Shown: positions 9,175 to 19,342, numbered from the stretch's first letter. The stretch: DNA of 64,000 nucleotides from an uncultured Planctomycetota bacterium (GCA_964354375.1 CAYGZQ010000007.1:29230-93229), one strand, 5' to 3'. The notes: a model not told the origin generated them from the letters alone. Translations and numbers: made by a program.

Positions 9175-12100
9175 TCAATATCCCGACACATACACTTCGT
9201 CGATCTGCCAGCCCGCTCTGGAAGCTCCCAGCGAGCCGACAGCAGCGGCGAACGCGAGACGGAAACCGTCCGGATTCCCCACCCATGCCGGGTCCAGGTT
9301 GCACACCGTAAGCCTCATAAACTTGGGATTCGAATCGTTGCAGAAAGCCGGCATTCCTATAAGCTCGTTGTTCCCAAGGATCACGCAGTCATACTCATTA
9401 AACCCACCGTCAAGGTCTGCCGGAAGCTCGCCCCACAGGAAGTCGGTCAGGTAGTCCTTCCCGTTGACGATATGCACGTTCCCGCCGTCCTGGCAGAACC
9501 CCGTAAGTCCGTAATCGTCGAACTCGTAAGAATGTGTGAAGACAAGTTGCAGGGTTGTGAATCCGGGAGGCACGAAGATAGGAGGCGAGAACAGCACCGA
9601 ATGCGTCAGAAGATCGTATTTGTACGTGCTTCCCGAGAACAACGGACCACGACCCACAAGGTTCGGATTCTGGTGCCATCCTATATACCAGCTTGAGGAT
9701 CCCCCGGAGTCGAAATCCTTGATCCAATCGTTCCTGTCATAGTCGGTCGCGCTGAACTCCCAATCGGCATGAAACAATGCGCCGCCTCCGACGCACCATT
9801 CGCTTCGCACTTCCGGCAGATGGAATGCGTCTTGGGCCACTACCGGGATCCAGTAGCGATTGACGTTTTCGTCGAGATAGCCCAGCTCGGAGCCGACAAT
9901 GTCCTCGACCTTGAACGAGATCGAATCGCCGGACACGTCGCCATAATAAACGTCCTCCACCCGCCGCCCGGGAGAACGGTAATCCCAAAGGTACCACTGG
10001 TAATAGACTCGATCGCCGTCGGGATCCTCGGCGGGAAGCTGCAAAGTAACCTGCTGACTCCAGCCCGGCGTCAGGTTCCCACCCTCGATCTCGTCCACCG
10101 TCGGCGGATCATTGGGCTGGTCGTCAAGGATGTACACCGAGACATCGTCGATCATCCAGCCCCTCGCGTTCGGGAAGTCCTGATTCAAGGCCGTGCTTGC
10201 CGCGAAACTGACCCTGATATCGTGTCCGGCAAATAGTGGATCGATTCTGGCTACACTGGTCGTCAGGGTATGATGGGTGCCCGAAAAAACGTCCTGGTTC
10301 AGAAGCTTGTTCTGGGTGCCCTCATATATGGGCTTCGCCCAGTACTCCCTTCCGGCTTTGATATTGGCCGGCGTGATGCCATGGGAGAGTATCTCGCCGG
10401 CCTCGGTGATCTTTACGTTTCCGCCGCTGTAGGCCTGCCAGTAGTTGGGGCTCGCGCTACCGTAAATTTGCCCGAAGTCGAAAGAATGCCTGAAGACGAC
10501 TATTCCCTGGGTCATTGCGGACGGCAGATGGATTGCCGGGCTGACGAGAATGTCGGACGACCCGTAATCATAATCGGTGTTCGCTGCGCCGAACTTCCGA
10601 CCGGTCCCATCGAGCGTATCGTCCGTCACGGCGTCGTCGGTCCATCTCGACGGTCCCTCGCCTTCCAGAGTCGCCCAGCCGATGTTGTCGCCTTTGTCTG
10701 CATCGTCCATGCTTGCATGAAAAATCTGGCCATTGACCCACACCGTATACGGATCGGCATTCACAGAAGCGTTGTAACCGTCGTCCACCTTGCACTTGAT
10801 CAGCCACTCGCCCTCCTGAATGCCCGTGGAACTGAAAATCACATCAATCGTCCCATCTTTGTTGCCCTCTCCCAGATCGACCGTGAGTATCCCCTCGGGA
10901 TGCACCACTTTCCAGTTGTATTTGAGCGGAAGAACGCTGTCGACCTTGACCTGGTATGTCACCTCATGCTTGTTTCGCGGATAGAGAGGTCCGGAAATCC
11001 CCTCGGTGATAACCGGCGGCTCGGGCTGCACATGGGGCACAAGCTCGAGCTGGTACTGCACCATCTCGGTTTCGTTCAACGTGATGACACGGATGAAATA
11101 CTGTCCGACATCGCAGACAAGCGACGTATCCAGGCTGCCGACTCCCCCGATCACTTCCGCCTGCGCGATTTTCGTCTCGGACGCATCATAGATCGTGACA
11201 AAGGTCTGCGGGGACGTGGTGTAGAGGTTCACCATCCCCTGCTCCCAGACCTCGGACCCGTTTTGAAATGAATAATAGTCCTTGTAGTCGGTCAGGCTGC
11301 CCCCAAGGCGGCATAACGATCCCTGTGCGACGTCCATCCACTCCAGCGCCTCCGCATCGTCGATCCCGTTGTTCTCATCCGCGACGCATTCCAGCTTGGG
11401 GACGTTGATTATCAGTTCCTGAAAAGCGCTGACCGGCTCGTCAGGAGCCTCGGGAAGTCCCGTGTTGTACTTCAGCCCATCGTTGGAGCCCACTCGAATC
11501 AGCACCAGATGGTCGCCGTCGTGATTGGGAATCGCCTTGCCGCTAAGGTCTATCCGATACCGGGCCTTCGTGCCGTCATCGGATACGAAATTCATCGTCT
11601 GGCCTCCCGAAAACAACTCGGGCGCAAATATTCTGACCGTATCGACTTCCGCCGCGACATTCCCGTTCGCCTTCCCCTGCCAGTCGTAAACATCAGCGTT
11701 TATGACAAGCTGTCCCTTGCCTCCCACTCCCTCCTCAAAACATAGCGTGTTCAATTCGACATGGGCGTCGACATGATACGGTTCCGACTGATTAGCCTCG
11801 ATCGGGAAATCGTCGGGGATTTCCTGCGGGGGAAACGGATCGGGATAATCCCAGCATGCGTCGACGGCATAGTTGAACACGGCCGGACAATCAGTGGCTT
11901 GTGGAGGCTTGACTCTGTATCGTCGCTTGCATGTGGTGCCGACGTACGACACTCCGCGACCGAGGTCATCATCGAGCGGGACATTCGCCATGCTCGTCAC
12001 GGGCTGATACTTGTCGAGGTAGTCGCAGAAGTACTTGTAGGGATTCACGGTGGCGGTCAGCAACTCTGTATCCTGGGTGCCTAGCTCACCGGGCACGTAG

Positions 12101-12630
12101 CCGTTCAAACCCGAGCCTGTAAACTCCCTGGGGTTCCACCAGCGCGTGTACCCGTCCGCATTCAGAAGCCTCCATTCGTCAACGTCCGATACGACAAGAT
12201 TGCCGATCTGCAGGCTGCCCGGCGTCATGAGAATCCCCTTGGCGTCGAAGCCGTACAAACTCGGGCTGTCCGGATACGGATGCGTAAAGGTGAAATCCAG
12301 CGCGAAGATCTTGTTGGGAATGTCGCTTGCCTGCCAGTCAAACCAGATGCCCACGCAGTCATAAGTGTTCAGAGGCTCCACCAGGTTGACATGGAATCCG
12401 GCCGACCTCAGCGGCGTCATCTCGACCGTCAGATTTTCGGTGTCAAGCCTTACCTCCCACAGTCCGAGGAGACGATGATGCGTCCCGCTCTCGTCGCGAC
12501 CGGCAGGGAAGCTCAACGAAGGACTCGACGGATCTCCGCGATCCGATCCTGAGCAGCCTGCCCCGACGCACCACGCAACCGCCGCCATCACCAGGATGCA
12601 TGCCGACCAAACGGCTCTTCGCTTGACCAT
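9175..12630 (-). CDS. Giant lipoprotein, family member A (1151 aa): conserved N-terminal module, a PPC-like segment and two or three MAM/jelly-roll-like modules.
   Basis: GGAGGTGA RBS. Signal peptide plus lipobox VGAGC. The N-module motifs are LLGLWEV, ADGYTRWWNP, TATVNPYKYFCDYL, FNYAVDACW and IPDDFPIEAN. It also has CRLGGSLTDYKDYYSF and repeated C-terminal modules ending GWMIDDVSVY and GWQIDEVYV. Confidence 0.8.
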   Translation of the reverse strand: MVKRRAVWSACILVMAAVAWCVGAGCSGSDRGDPSSPSLSFPAGRDESGTHHRLLGLWEVRLDTENLTVEMTPLRSAGFHVNLVEPLNTYDCVGIWFDWQASDIPNKIFALDFTFTHPYPDSPSLYGFDAKGILMTPGSLQIGNLVVSDVDEWRLLNADGYTRWWNPREFTGSGLNGYVPGELGTQDTELLTATVNPYKYFCDYLDKYQPVTSMANVPLDDDLGRGVSYVGTTCKRRYRVKPPQATDCPAVFNYAVDACWDYPDPFPPQEIPDDFPIEANQSEPYHVDAHVELNTLCFEEGVGGKGQLVINADVYDWQGKANGNVAAEVDTVRIFAPELFSGGQTMNFVSDDGTKARYRIDLSGKAIPNHDGDHLVLIRVGSNDGLKYNTGLPEAPDEPVSAFQELIINVPKLECVADENNGIDDAEALEWMDVAQGSLCRLGGSLTDYKDYYSFQNGSEVWEQGMVNLYTTSPQTFVTIYDASETKIAQAEVIGGVGSLDTSLVCDVGQYFIRVITLNETEMVQYQLELVPHVQPEPPVITEGISGPLYPRNKHEVTYQVKVDSVLPLKYNWKVVHPEGILTVDLGEGNKDGTIDVIFSSTGIQEGEWLIKCKVDDGYNASVNADPYTVWVNGQIFHASMDDADKGDNIGWATLEGEGPSRWTDDAVTDDTLDGTGRKFGAANTDYDYGSSDILVSPAIHLPSAMTQGIVVFRHSFDFGQIYGSASPNYWQAYSGGNVKITEAGEILSHGITPANIKAGREYWAKPIYEGTQNKLLNQDVFSGTHHTLTTSVARIDPLFAGHDIRVSFAASTALNQDFPNARGWMIDDVSVYILDDQPNDPPTVDEIEGGNLTPGWSQQVTLQLPAEDPDGDRVYYQWYLWDYRSPGRRVEDVYYGDVSGDSISFKVEDIVGSELGYLDENVNRYWIPVVAQDAFHLPEVRSEWCVGGGALFHADWEFSATDYDRNDWIKDFDSGGSSSWYIGWHQNPNLVGRGPLFSGSTYKYDLLTHSVLFSPPIFVPPGFTTLQLVFTHSYEFDDYGLTGFCQDGGNVHIVNGKDYLTDFLWGELPADLDGGFNEYDCVILGNNELIGMPAFCNDSNPKFMRLTVCNLDPAWVGNPDGFRLAFAAAVGSLGASRAGWQIDEVYVSGY

Positions 12631-12669
12631 CTCGACTCACCTCCGCATGCGATTCGGACTTGAACTCGG

Positions 12670-15600
12670 TCACTCCACCCCGTAAAGAACGACCTCATCA
12701 ATCAGCCACCCTCTGCGTGGCACACCGGACAGGCTTGAGGACGCCGCGAATCCGACGCGAATGCTCATCGGGTCCGCCAGCCACAAAGGATCAAGATACG
12801 CGTAGGAGATCCTCATTGCAGCCGGGGCCTCGTCGTTACAGAAGGCATCCTGACCGCCAAGCAGACCACCCGACTCAAGCTGGCAATCATACGGGAAGCC
12901 TATGTCCATCTGTTCCGGGGGGTCGAACCAATGGAAATCGGTCAGGTAGTTGTCAGCCTCGACAACGTGCACGTTCCCGCCGTCATGGCACTCCGAGACC
13001 ACATCATCATCGTAGAACTGGTAGTAATGGGCGAACCCGATCATCGCTTCGCTGAATCCGGGAGGGATGAAAATCGGGGGAGTGAAAAGCACTGCGTGAT
13101 CGTCAGTCGTGTAATCGGTGTCCGCATCGGCGAACTTGTACCCACACCCGCCGAGCACCGAATCCGTCACGCTCGCACCGTGCCATGTCGAGTCGCTGCC
13201 TTCGTCGAACGCGGTATCCCACTCGGCCTTATCGTAATACGGAGTCGGGTCATCGGGATCAAACCAGAAGAGAATCCCGTTGCCCACCGTCCACGCTTCC
13301 CTCTTTATTCCCTCATGATATCCGTCTGTTACCGACACGCTGACTCGGAATCGATTGCTGTAGCCACCGGTCACGAGATCGCTGATGACGAAGTCAAGAG
13401 CGGGGGCGATCGGATCGTAGTAGATGTTCCTCACTCGAACGCCGGGATACCGGAAATCCCACAGCGACCAGGTTCTGTAAATTGCGTCCCCGTCCGGATC
13501 GGACGCCGCCATCGCGTAATGAAGAGGATCATCCATATGGGGCGCAAGGTCCCCGCCTTCCAGCGGTCCGGCATCGGGTTCCTGATTGGGAGCATCTCCC
13601 TCGACATATACCGCGACATCGTCGATCAGCCAGCCGCGGTAGTTTGAGTATTCATGTCCGGTTGTCACGGCAAAGCCGATGTAGATATCGTTTCCGGCCA
13701 TTGCCGGAGGAATGCTCGCGGCGGAGACGGTGAGTCTGAACGGATCGGAAGCCTCATTCGACCGGTAGCAGAACGCCTGCTGGTCCTCCATCAGGGTATC
13801 GCCCTGGATCAGCTGGGACCAGCATGGCATCCCTCCCGTAATCTCGGCCGGCAGAACGTCGTAGGACGGGAGCTCGGGCGCCTCCGTTATCTTCACATTG
13901 CCTCCGTCGTATCCCTCCCAGAACTCGTACCCCGGCCTCGTCTTGGCAATGTCGAGGTCGTACGAGTGACGGAAAGCGATAATCCCGTGACCCATCCCGC
14001 TCGGAAGACTCACGGGCGGGCTCACAAGGATGTCGGACGAATTGTTCGTGTAATTAGTATTCGCCTCTCCAAACTTTCGACCTTCGCCCTGAAGCAGGGT
14101 GTCCGAGGTGGCCAACAGGGTCCACGCCGTGGTTCCAGCCTGCCCCACATGGGTCCAGCCCGCATTGTCTCCAGTCGTGTCATCGTTCAAATCAGCATGG
14201 AAAATCTGACCGTTAACCCAGACATGGTATGGGTCGGCCGAGACCGGTCCCCCCACCCCGTTCGTGACTTCACAACGGATCTCTGCTTCCCCCAGGATAC
14301 AGAAATCCGAGAACTTGACCTCCAGATGACCGTTGCCGTCGCCCGGATCGGGTCCGAACACCACAAAACCCGAGTCCACGATAGTCCAGCCATACGTCAC
14401 CGGCCAGACTGAATCAACCCCGATTTCGTACAGGGTGTTCTGTGCGCATCGGGGATACTTGTATCCGCTGATTTGGCTCACGATCACCGGCGCTGAGACG
14501 TCCTGAGCGTTCCCCTTGAGATCGACGTAGTAGTAGATCGTGTCCACTTCGTTCATTGTCAGAACGCGGAGATAATAGGTCCCCGGCATCAGGTAAAGCG
14601 CGCCGAGATCGATCTGGGCCTTCCCGCCGGAAATCTCCGATTGCGTCAGCTTCGTATGGGTCGAATCGAACACGCTCAGGAAGACCATGTTCGACCAGGC
14701 ATAGAGCGTGGCTGATCCTGTAAGCCCCTTGTCTACCGGAATTTCGAAGGAGTAGTAGTCGCTGTAGTCGATCAGCTCTCCGCCAGGGCGGCAGAGAGTC
14801 CCGTAGGCGGAGTCGATGAGATCGAACGGTTCCGCAGTGGCAAAAGTGTTGTTTCCGTCCGGGCCGCATTCGAGTTCCTCGACATTGACCCAGAGCACCT
14901 GGTAGGCGCTTAACGGCTGGTCCGGAGCTCCCGGCGCAAATGAGTTGTACTTCAGGCCGTCGTTCGATCCGACCCGGAATATCACCTGATGCTCACCTGA
15001 GCGCGCGGGGTTCACGATTCCGCTCAGATCAACGGAATAGACCGCCTTGACTCCCGTGTCCTGCACAAGGCTCATGGTCTGCCCCCCGCTGAAAAGCTCG
15101 GGAGCGAAAACCCGCACCGTGCTGACCTGGTCCGCGATGTTCCCGAGCGCCTGACCCTGCCAGTCGTACACTTCGAGCGTCAACAGGAGATTTCCACCGC
15201 CACCGGTCCCCGCATCGAATCCCAGCGTGTTCACATCGGCTCTCGGAAGCAAATGGAACGCCTCCGGCTGGTTAGCCTCCATTGGGAAATCATCCGGAAT
15301 TTCTCCGGGTGGATTCGGCACCGGCGGCGCCCATGATGCGTCCACTGCGTAGTTGAAGATGACCTGGGGACCGGGGGACATCTGGAACCAGATGAAGTAC
15401 CTTCTCGTGTTCGACGATCCGGCCGTGAACACCCCCCTGCCCTCGTCATCGTCCAGACCGACAAATTCGATCAGCTCTTCGATTGGCTGCTTAAACCCGA
15501 GGTAATCGCAGAAATATTGGTACGGATTCACGGTCGCAGTCAACAGGCCCGTGTTCGCGGTTCCCAGATTGCCCGGGATATATCGCATCATTCCCGACCC

Positions 15601-16137
15601 GTGGAACTCTGTCGGGTTCCACCATCTCGTATACCCGTCGGCACTTGTCAGGCGTGTCTCGGTCGGTCCTGCGAACACAAGATTCCCAACTACCTGGGTG
15701 CCGGGAGTAATCATGATGCCCTTCACGTCGAAACCCGCAAGCTGCGGGCTCGTTGCGAAAGGATGGGTCAGCGTCACGTCCACCGTGAACTTGCCCATCG
15801 CCGGGTCGCTGGCCGGGAGGTCGATAACCGCAGCCACTCCCATGGTCGAGTTGAGTATCCCCACGACATTCATGTGGAACGCGCTGTTCCTGAGCGGGAT
15901 CATCTCTACCGTCATCTTGTCGCGATCCAGTATCGCCTCCCAGTATCCCCACAGCCCGTGCGCCGCGCCCTTCGAAGAAGAAGCCGCGGCTTGAGTCAGT
16001 GCCTGCGAATCAACGCTCGTCTCCCCGGAAGCTCCCGGGGCAACCGGAATGTCGCCGGAACATCCCGCGGCAAGAAACACCGTGGCAAGAGCGAGGAAGG
16101 GAAGAGTACTACGCGTCCAGAGAATCAGCCGTTTCAT
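12670..16137 (-). CDS. Giant lipoprotein, family member B (1155 aa), a tandem paralog of A.
   Basis: AAGGAG RBS and lipobox LAAGC. The whole protein is collinear with A: HGLWGYWEA, ADGYTRWWNP, TATVNPYQYFCDYL, FNYAVDASW, IPDDFPMEAN, CRPGGELIDYSDYYSF, and GWLIDDVAVY / GWLIDEVVLY. Confidence 0.8.
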   Translation of the reverse strand: MKRLILWTRSTLPFLALATVFLAAGCSGDIPVAPGASGETSVDSQALTQAAASSSKGAAHGLWGYWEAILDRDKMTVEMIPLRNSAFHMNVVGILNSTMGVAAVIDLPASDPAMGKFTVDVTLTHPFATSPQLAGFDVKGIMITPGTQVVGNLVFAGPTETRLTSADGYTRWWNPTEFHGSGMMRYIPGNLGTANTGLLTATVNPYQYFCDYLGFKQPIEELIEFVGLDDDEGRGVFTAGSSNTRRYFIWFQMSPGPQVIFNYAVDASWAPPVPNPPGEIPDDFPMEANQPEAFHLLPRADVNTLGFDAGTGGGGNLLLTLEVYDWQGQALGNIADQVSTVRVFAPELFSGGQTMSLVQDTGVKAVYSVDLSGIVNPARSGEHQVIFRVGSNDGLKYNSFAPGAPDQPLSAYQVLWVNVEELECGPDGNNTFATAEPFDLIDSAYGTLCRPGGELIDYSDYYSFEIPVDKGLTGSATLYAWSNMVFLSVFDSTHTKLTQSEISGGKAQIDLGALYLMPGTYYLRVLTMNEVDTIYYYVDLKGNAQDVSAPVIVSQISGYKYPRCAQNTLYEIGVDSVWPVTYGWTIVDSGFVVFGPDPGDGNGHLEVKFSDFCILGEAEIRCEVTNGVGGPVSADPYHVWVNGQIFHADLNDDTTGDNAGWTHVGQAGTTAWTLLATSDTLLQGEGRKFGEANTNYTNNSSDILVSPPVSLPSGMGHGIIAFRHSYDLDIAKTRPGYEFWEGYDGGNVKITEAPELPSYDVLPAEITGGMPCWSQLIQGDTLMEDQQAFCYRSNEASDPFRLTVSAASIPPAMAGNDIYIGFAVTTGHEYSNYRGWLIDDVAVYVEGDAPNQEPDAGPLEGGDLAPHMDDPLHYAMAASDPDGDAIYRTWSLWDFRYPGVRVRNIYYDPIAPALDFVISDLVTGGYSNRFRVSVSVTDGYHEGIKREAWTVGNGILFWFDPDDPTPYYDKAEWDTAFDEGSDSTWHGASVTDSVLGGCGYKFADADTDYTTDDHAVLFTPPIFIPPGFSEAMIGFAHYYQFYDDDVVSECHDGGNVHVVEADNYLTDFHWFDPPEQMDIGFPYDCQLESGGLLGGQDAFCNDEAPAAMRISYAYLDPLWLADPMSIRVGFAASSSLSGVPRRGWLIDEVVLYGVE

Positions 16138-16274
16138 TCCGCAACACTCCTTTGCATTCGAATTGTTTCACTAGCCGACCGCACGCGAACACCCGTTGCC
16201 TTGAGCCTGTTAACGAAACACAATAATAAGGTATAAGGTTTTGTGCCGTCAAACATCGACACACCGCGGCTTCG

Positions 16275-16667
16275 TCAGACGGCCAGGTACATCACGAGAA
16301 GCTGGGCCGCGGCCATAAGCACAGACAGCGTCCCGAGTACGATCACAAGCGGGTACAGGCTCAGCGTCCCGTACTTCCGCAAGGCCTTACGCATCATGAC
16401 CCCGATGATCGACACAATCAGCAGGAGGATATGGTAGCCCATCATGGTCCGCGCGAAATCGTCCATCGGGATCCACATGCCGGTCCTGAGCCGGGCGACC
16501 ATCTGCCAGGCCATCGCCCAGACTCCCAGCGTCACGATGAAAAGAAAAATCCCGGTGAATCTAAACAGGATCAAGTAGCCGTACGGTATCGCAGGCTCAG
16601 GAATCTCGCTTATTACTGGATCATCTATCGGACCAAACATCTCGCTTTCTGTAGAACGGATACTCAC
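16275..16667 (-). CDS. Small hypothetical integral membrane protein (130 aa, about four TM helices).
   Basis: Clean ORF co-directional with its neighbours, with hydrophobic helices throughout. Confidence 0.5.
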   Translation of the reverse strand: MSIRSTESEMFGPIDDPVISEIPEPAIPYGYLILFRFTGIFLFIVTLGVWAMAWQMVARLRTGMWIPMDDFARTMMGYHILLLIVSIIGVMMRKALRKYGTLSLYPLVIVLGTLSVLMAAAQLLVMYLAV

Positions 16668-16671
16668 AAGA

Positions 16672-17937
16672 TCACTTCGCCACGTCGGCGGGATGAGTGA
16701 TCTTCCCCCTCACGGCCGTCGCAGCGGCAACCTCCGGTCCCGCCAGGTACACCTTGCTGTCGCGGTGACCCATCCTGCCTTTGAAATTCCTGTTCGATGT
16801 ACTCAGGCAGACATCCCCCGGACCCAGGACTCCGCCATATCCGCCCAGGCATGGTCCGCAGCTCGGCGTTCCGACCGCCCCGCCCGCATCGACGATTCTC
16901 CCGATTATCCCCTCGTTCAACGCCTCTCTGAAGACCTCCTGCGTGGCCGGCGTCACCAGAACCATCGTATGATTGTCGAACGAATTGTTCCCAAGCACGC
17001 GGGCAAATCTGCGCAGGTCCTCAAGCGACCCGTTCGCGCAGCTCCCCAGGAAAACCTGATCGACCCTCACACCCTCCACTTCTCTCACGGGGTGAACGTC
17101 GGCAGGATTGTCGGGCACCGCCACCATAGGCTCGAGCTCCGAGATATTGAACGAGTGAACTCTGACATACGATGCGTCGGCATCGGGAAGCACGGGCTCG
17201 CACGGACCGTCCACGCGTCCGGAAAGCCACGACAGCACCTTCTCGTCTGGAGGGATCACCACGGTGCACGCTCCGGTCTCAGCCGACATGTTGGCGATCG
17301 TGATTCTGTCGGCAACCGACAGGTGCTCGAAAGCGCCACCCTCATACTCAAGCGCCTCGTTCATCGCACCTTCCTTGCCGAGCGAACCCACCACGCTCAG
17401 GGCGATGTCCTTTCCGCCGATGAACCGCCTCGGTTGGCCGTCAAGGACGATCTTTCTTGATTTCGGCACTTCGAGCCAGAACTCCCCGAGTGCCCACAGA
17501 GCTGCGAGATCAGTTGCCCCGACACCGTAGCCCACGGCCCCCAGGGCGCCCACGGTGATTGTGTGGCTGTCCGCGCCTGCAATGAGCATTCCCGGCCGGA
17601 CCAACCCCTTTTCCAACAGCAAAATGTGGCAGATGCCGCCCCATCCCACCTCATAGTAGTGTCCGACATCCATTTCCCTGGCGAATTCGCGCATCGACCG
17701 ACTGAGCGTGGCCGATTGGATATCCTTCGCAGGCTGGAAATGATCCTGGACCAGAACAACCTTGTCGGGATCGCGCACTTTCCCGATTCCGATCTGCCGA
17801 AAGACATTTATCGCGTGGGGGGCGGTGAGATCGTGACCCATGATCAGGTCGGGTCGGCAAGTCAGGACATCGCCGGCTCTGGCGGAGTCGACATCCGCGT
17901 GTCCCGCCAGCACTTTCTCTGTTATCGTCTGCCCCAT
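16672..17937 (-). CDS. leuC: 3-isopropylmalate dehydratase / homoaconitase large subunit, short archaeal type (about 420 aa).
   Basis: Aconitase-family motifs are present: LIAGADSHT, GSCANGS, and the cysteine ligand region SCGPCLG. Confidence 0.85.
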   Translation of the reverse strand: MGQTITEKVLAGHADVDSARAGDVLTCRPDLIMGHDLTAPHAINVFRQIGIGKVRDPDKVVLVQDHFQPAKDIQSATLSRSMREFAREMDVGHYYEVGWGGICHILLLEKGLVRPGMLIAGADSHTITVGALGAVGYGVGATDLAALWALGEFWLEVPKSRKIVLDGQPRRFIGGKDIALSVVGSLGKEGAMNEALEYEGGAFEHLSVADRITIANMSAETGACTVVIPPDEKVLSWLSGRVDGPCEPVLPDADASYVRVHSFNISELEPMVAVPDNPADVHPVREVEGVRVDQVFLGSCANGSLEDLRRFARVLGNNSFDNHTMVLVTPATQEVFREALNEGIIGRIVDAGGAVGTPSCGPCLGGYGGVLGPGDVCLSTSNRNFKGRMGHRDSKVYLAGPEVAAATAVRGKITHPADVAK

Positions 17938-17998
17938 CGTCCCGGGTGATTCGAGTACTCTACCCTAAGAGGTCATGCAAGAGCAATCCCCCCCCATC

Positions 17999-19342
17999 TC
18001 AGCGGGCGCATCCCGCAAACGACTCGCTGAAATTCACGAACACCCCCGCCAGGCACCAGGCCCAGAACAGCGCAGTGTCCAGCCGACTCCACCTGCCGAC
18101 CCTCCTTGACGACTCCGCCCCGATGACCGCCATGCTCCCAAGCGGCACAATCAGAAACAAGTGATAGAAATCGTGACCCGGAACCCAGAAGCTTAGAAAT
18201 ATCATAAGCGGCAGCACCCACAGAACGCACAGCCCGAACCACCATCGCAGCATCGGAGCCATTTTCCTCAAATTCAGAATGCCCGTCAGCCAGATCGTCG
18301 GAAGAACAATAGCGAATCCGCTGAACCAGACGCTCCGGAACAGAAGCCGGTCCGTGCGCACACCTCCGAAATAGAAACCGAGGAATGTCCTGAGATTCGT
18401 CGCGAATCCGTCCCAGGCCGATTGCGCCCAGTACTCTCTCTGATGGGCATAGAGCGTCGCGTATTTGATCAGCCCTGGAAATGTGAACTCGCCGGTCGGA
18501 CCCAGCGCAAGCGCCGCAACGATGACATAGACAAGTACAGGCGCTCCGAGCGCGATCGCGGTCATGCCCCCGAACCAGCCCGCAGAAATCCCTCGCCCCT
18601 CCCTTTTCATTGCGACCATCAGCATCAGGACCCAAACCAGGATGAAAGGAACTATGATGCTCACGATCTGATGGAACAGGATAGCGACTGCAAGCCAAAG
18701 CCCTGCCCGAATGAGAAAAGCCGGCTTGCCGTTCGATGCGAAAGCGAGAATCGCGCCCGAGGCGACCGCGAGCAGCATCACGGCGGTCGGGTACTGAGCG
18801 CCGTCCGTTGCGTACCGGAAAAAAGTGACACTGGTCGCGAGGAACACGCACCAGGGCAGTGGGAACGGACTTCCCGGCACGAGTCGAATCAGAAGCCGGT
18901 ACAGCAGAAATACCGTGGCGGCGCACACGAGTGCGTTCCACCACTGCAGGAAGGTGATTGCGCCGAGCTGGGGGACCGCCTGTCGCAACAGACGGAAAAT
19001 GGCCGCTGTAACCGGCAGATAGAACAGATGATGCGGGTTCCACAGCACCCACCATCCCGCGCTGCGCTCCCGCTCTCCAAGTCCCCGAAGCTCTTCCGTC
19101 GAAAGCCGTGGACTCACCGGCATAGATGGAGGCGGCACCGTCACGTAGAACGGGGTTCCCTCGGCGGATGCGTAATTGTGAAGATAAATCGCCCAGCCCT
19201 GAGCATCGCCGTTCGGAATCTTCGCATTGGGACACGCAAGGTAGACGACCAGGCATACGAAGCCGAGTATCCAGCCGACCAGATACTCGCGTCTCGACGG
19301 CGATCTCTGAAGTGCGCTTTCCTCCATTAGCGGTCGGGACAA
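17999..19342 (-). CDS. GT-C-fold membrane glycosyltransferase-like protein (PMT/ArnT/DUF2723-like, 12 or more TM helices).
   Basis: 447-aa polytopic ORF. The track places a TTG at 19342; the first ATG is at 19327. An Asp/Glu-containing first periplasmic loop and the helix pattern resemble dolichyl-phosphate-mannose-type transferases. Family assignment is tentative. Confidence 0.5.
   Translation of the reverse strand: MSRPLMEESALQRSPSRREYLVGWILGFVCLVVYLACPNAKIPNGDAQGWAIYLHNYASAEGTPFYVTVPPPSMPVSPRLSTEELRGLGERERSAGWWVLWNPHHLFYLPVTAAIFRLLRQAVPQLGAITFLQWWNALVCAATVFLLYRLLIRLVPGSPFPLPWCVFLATSVTFFRYATDGAQYPTAVMLLAVASGAILAFASNGKPAFLIRAGLWLAVAILFHQIVSIIVPFILVWVLMLMVAMKREGRGISAGWFGGMTAIALGAPVLVYVIVAALALGPTGEFTFPGLIKYATLYAHQREYWAQSAWDGFATNLRTFLGFYFGGVRTDRLLFRSVWFSGFAIVLPTIWLTGILNLRKMAPMLRWWFGLCVLWVLPLMIFLSFWVPGHDFYHLFLIVPLGSMAVIGAESSRRVGRWSRLDTALFWAWCLAGVFVNFSESFAGCAR

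Noticed and set aside
9769-14412. Several 150-330-aa plus-strand ORFs (9769-10236, 10270-11271, 12931-13647, 13654-14412) lie inside lipoprotein genes A and B. ORFs 25948-27447 - and 27451-28674 - lie inside the kinase gene. ORFs 45244-46083 + and 48525-49709 + lie inside D and E.
   Set aside because: These are antisense ORFs typical of high-GC DNA. Their translations are dominated by R, G, V, D and H with no motifs. The sense-strand genes carry strong domain signatures, RBSs and lipoboxes.
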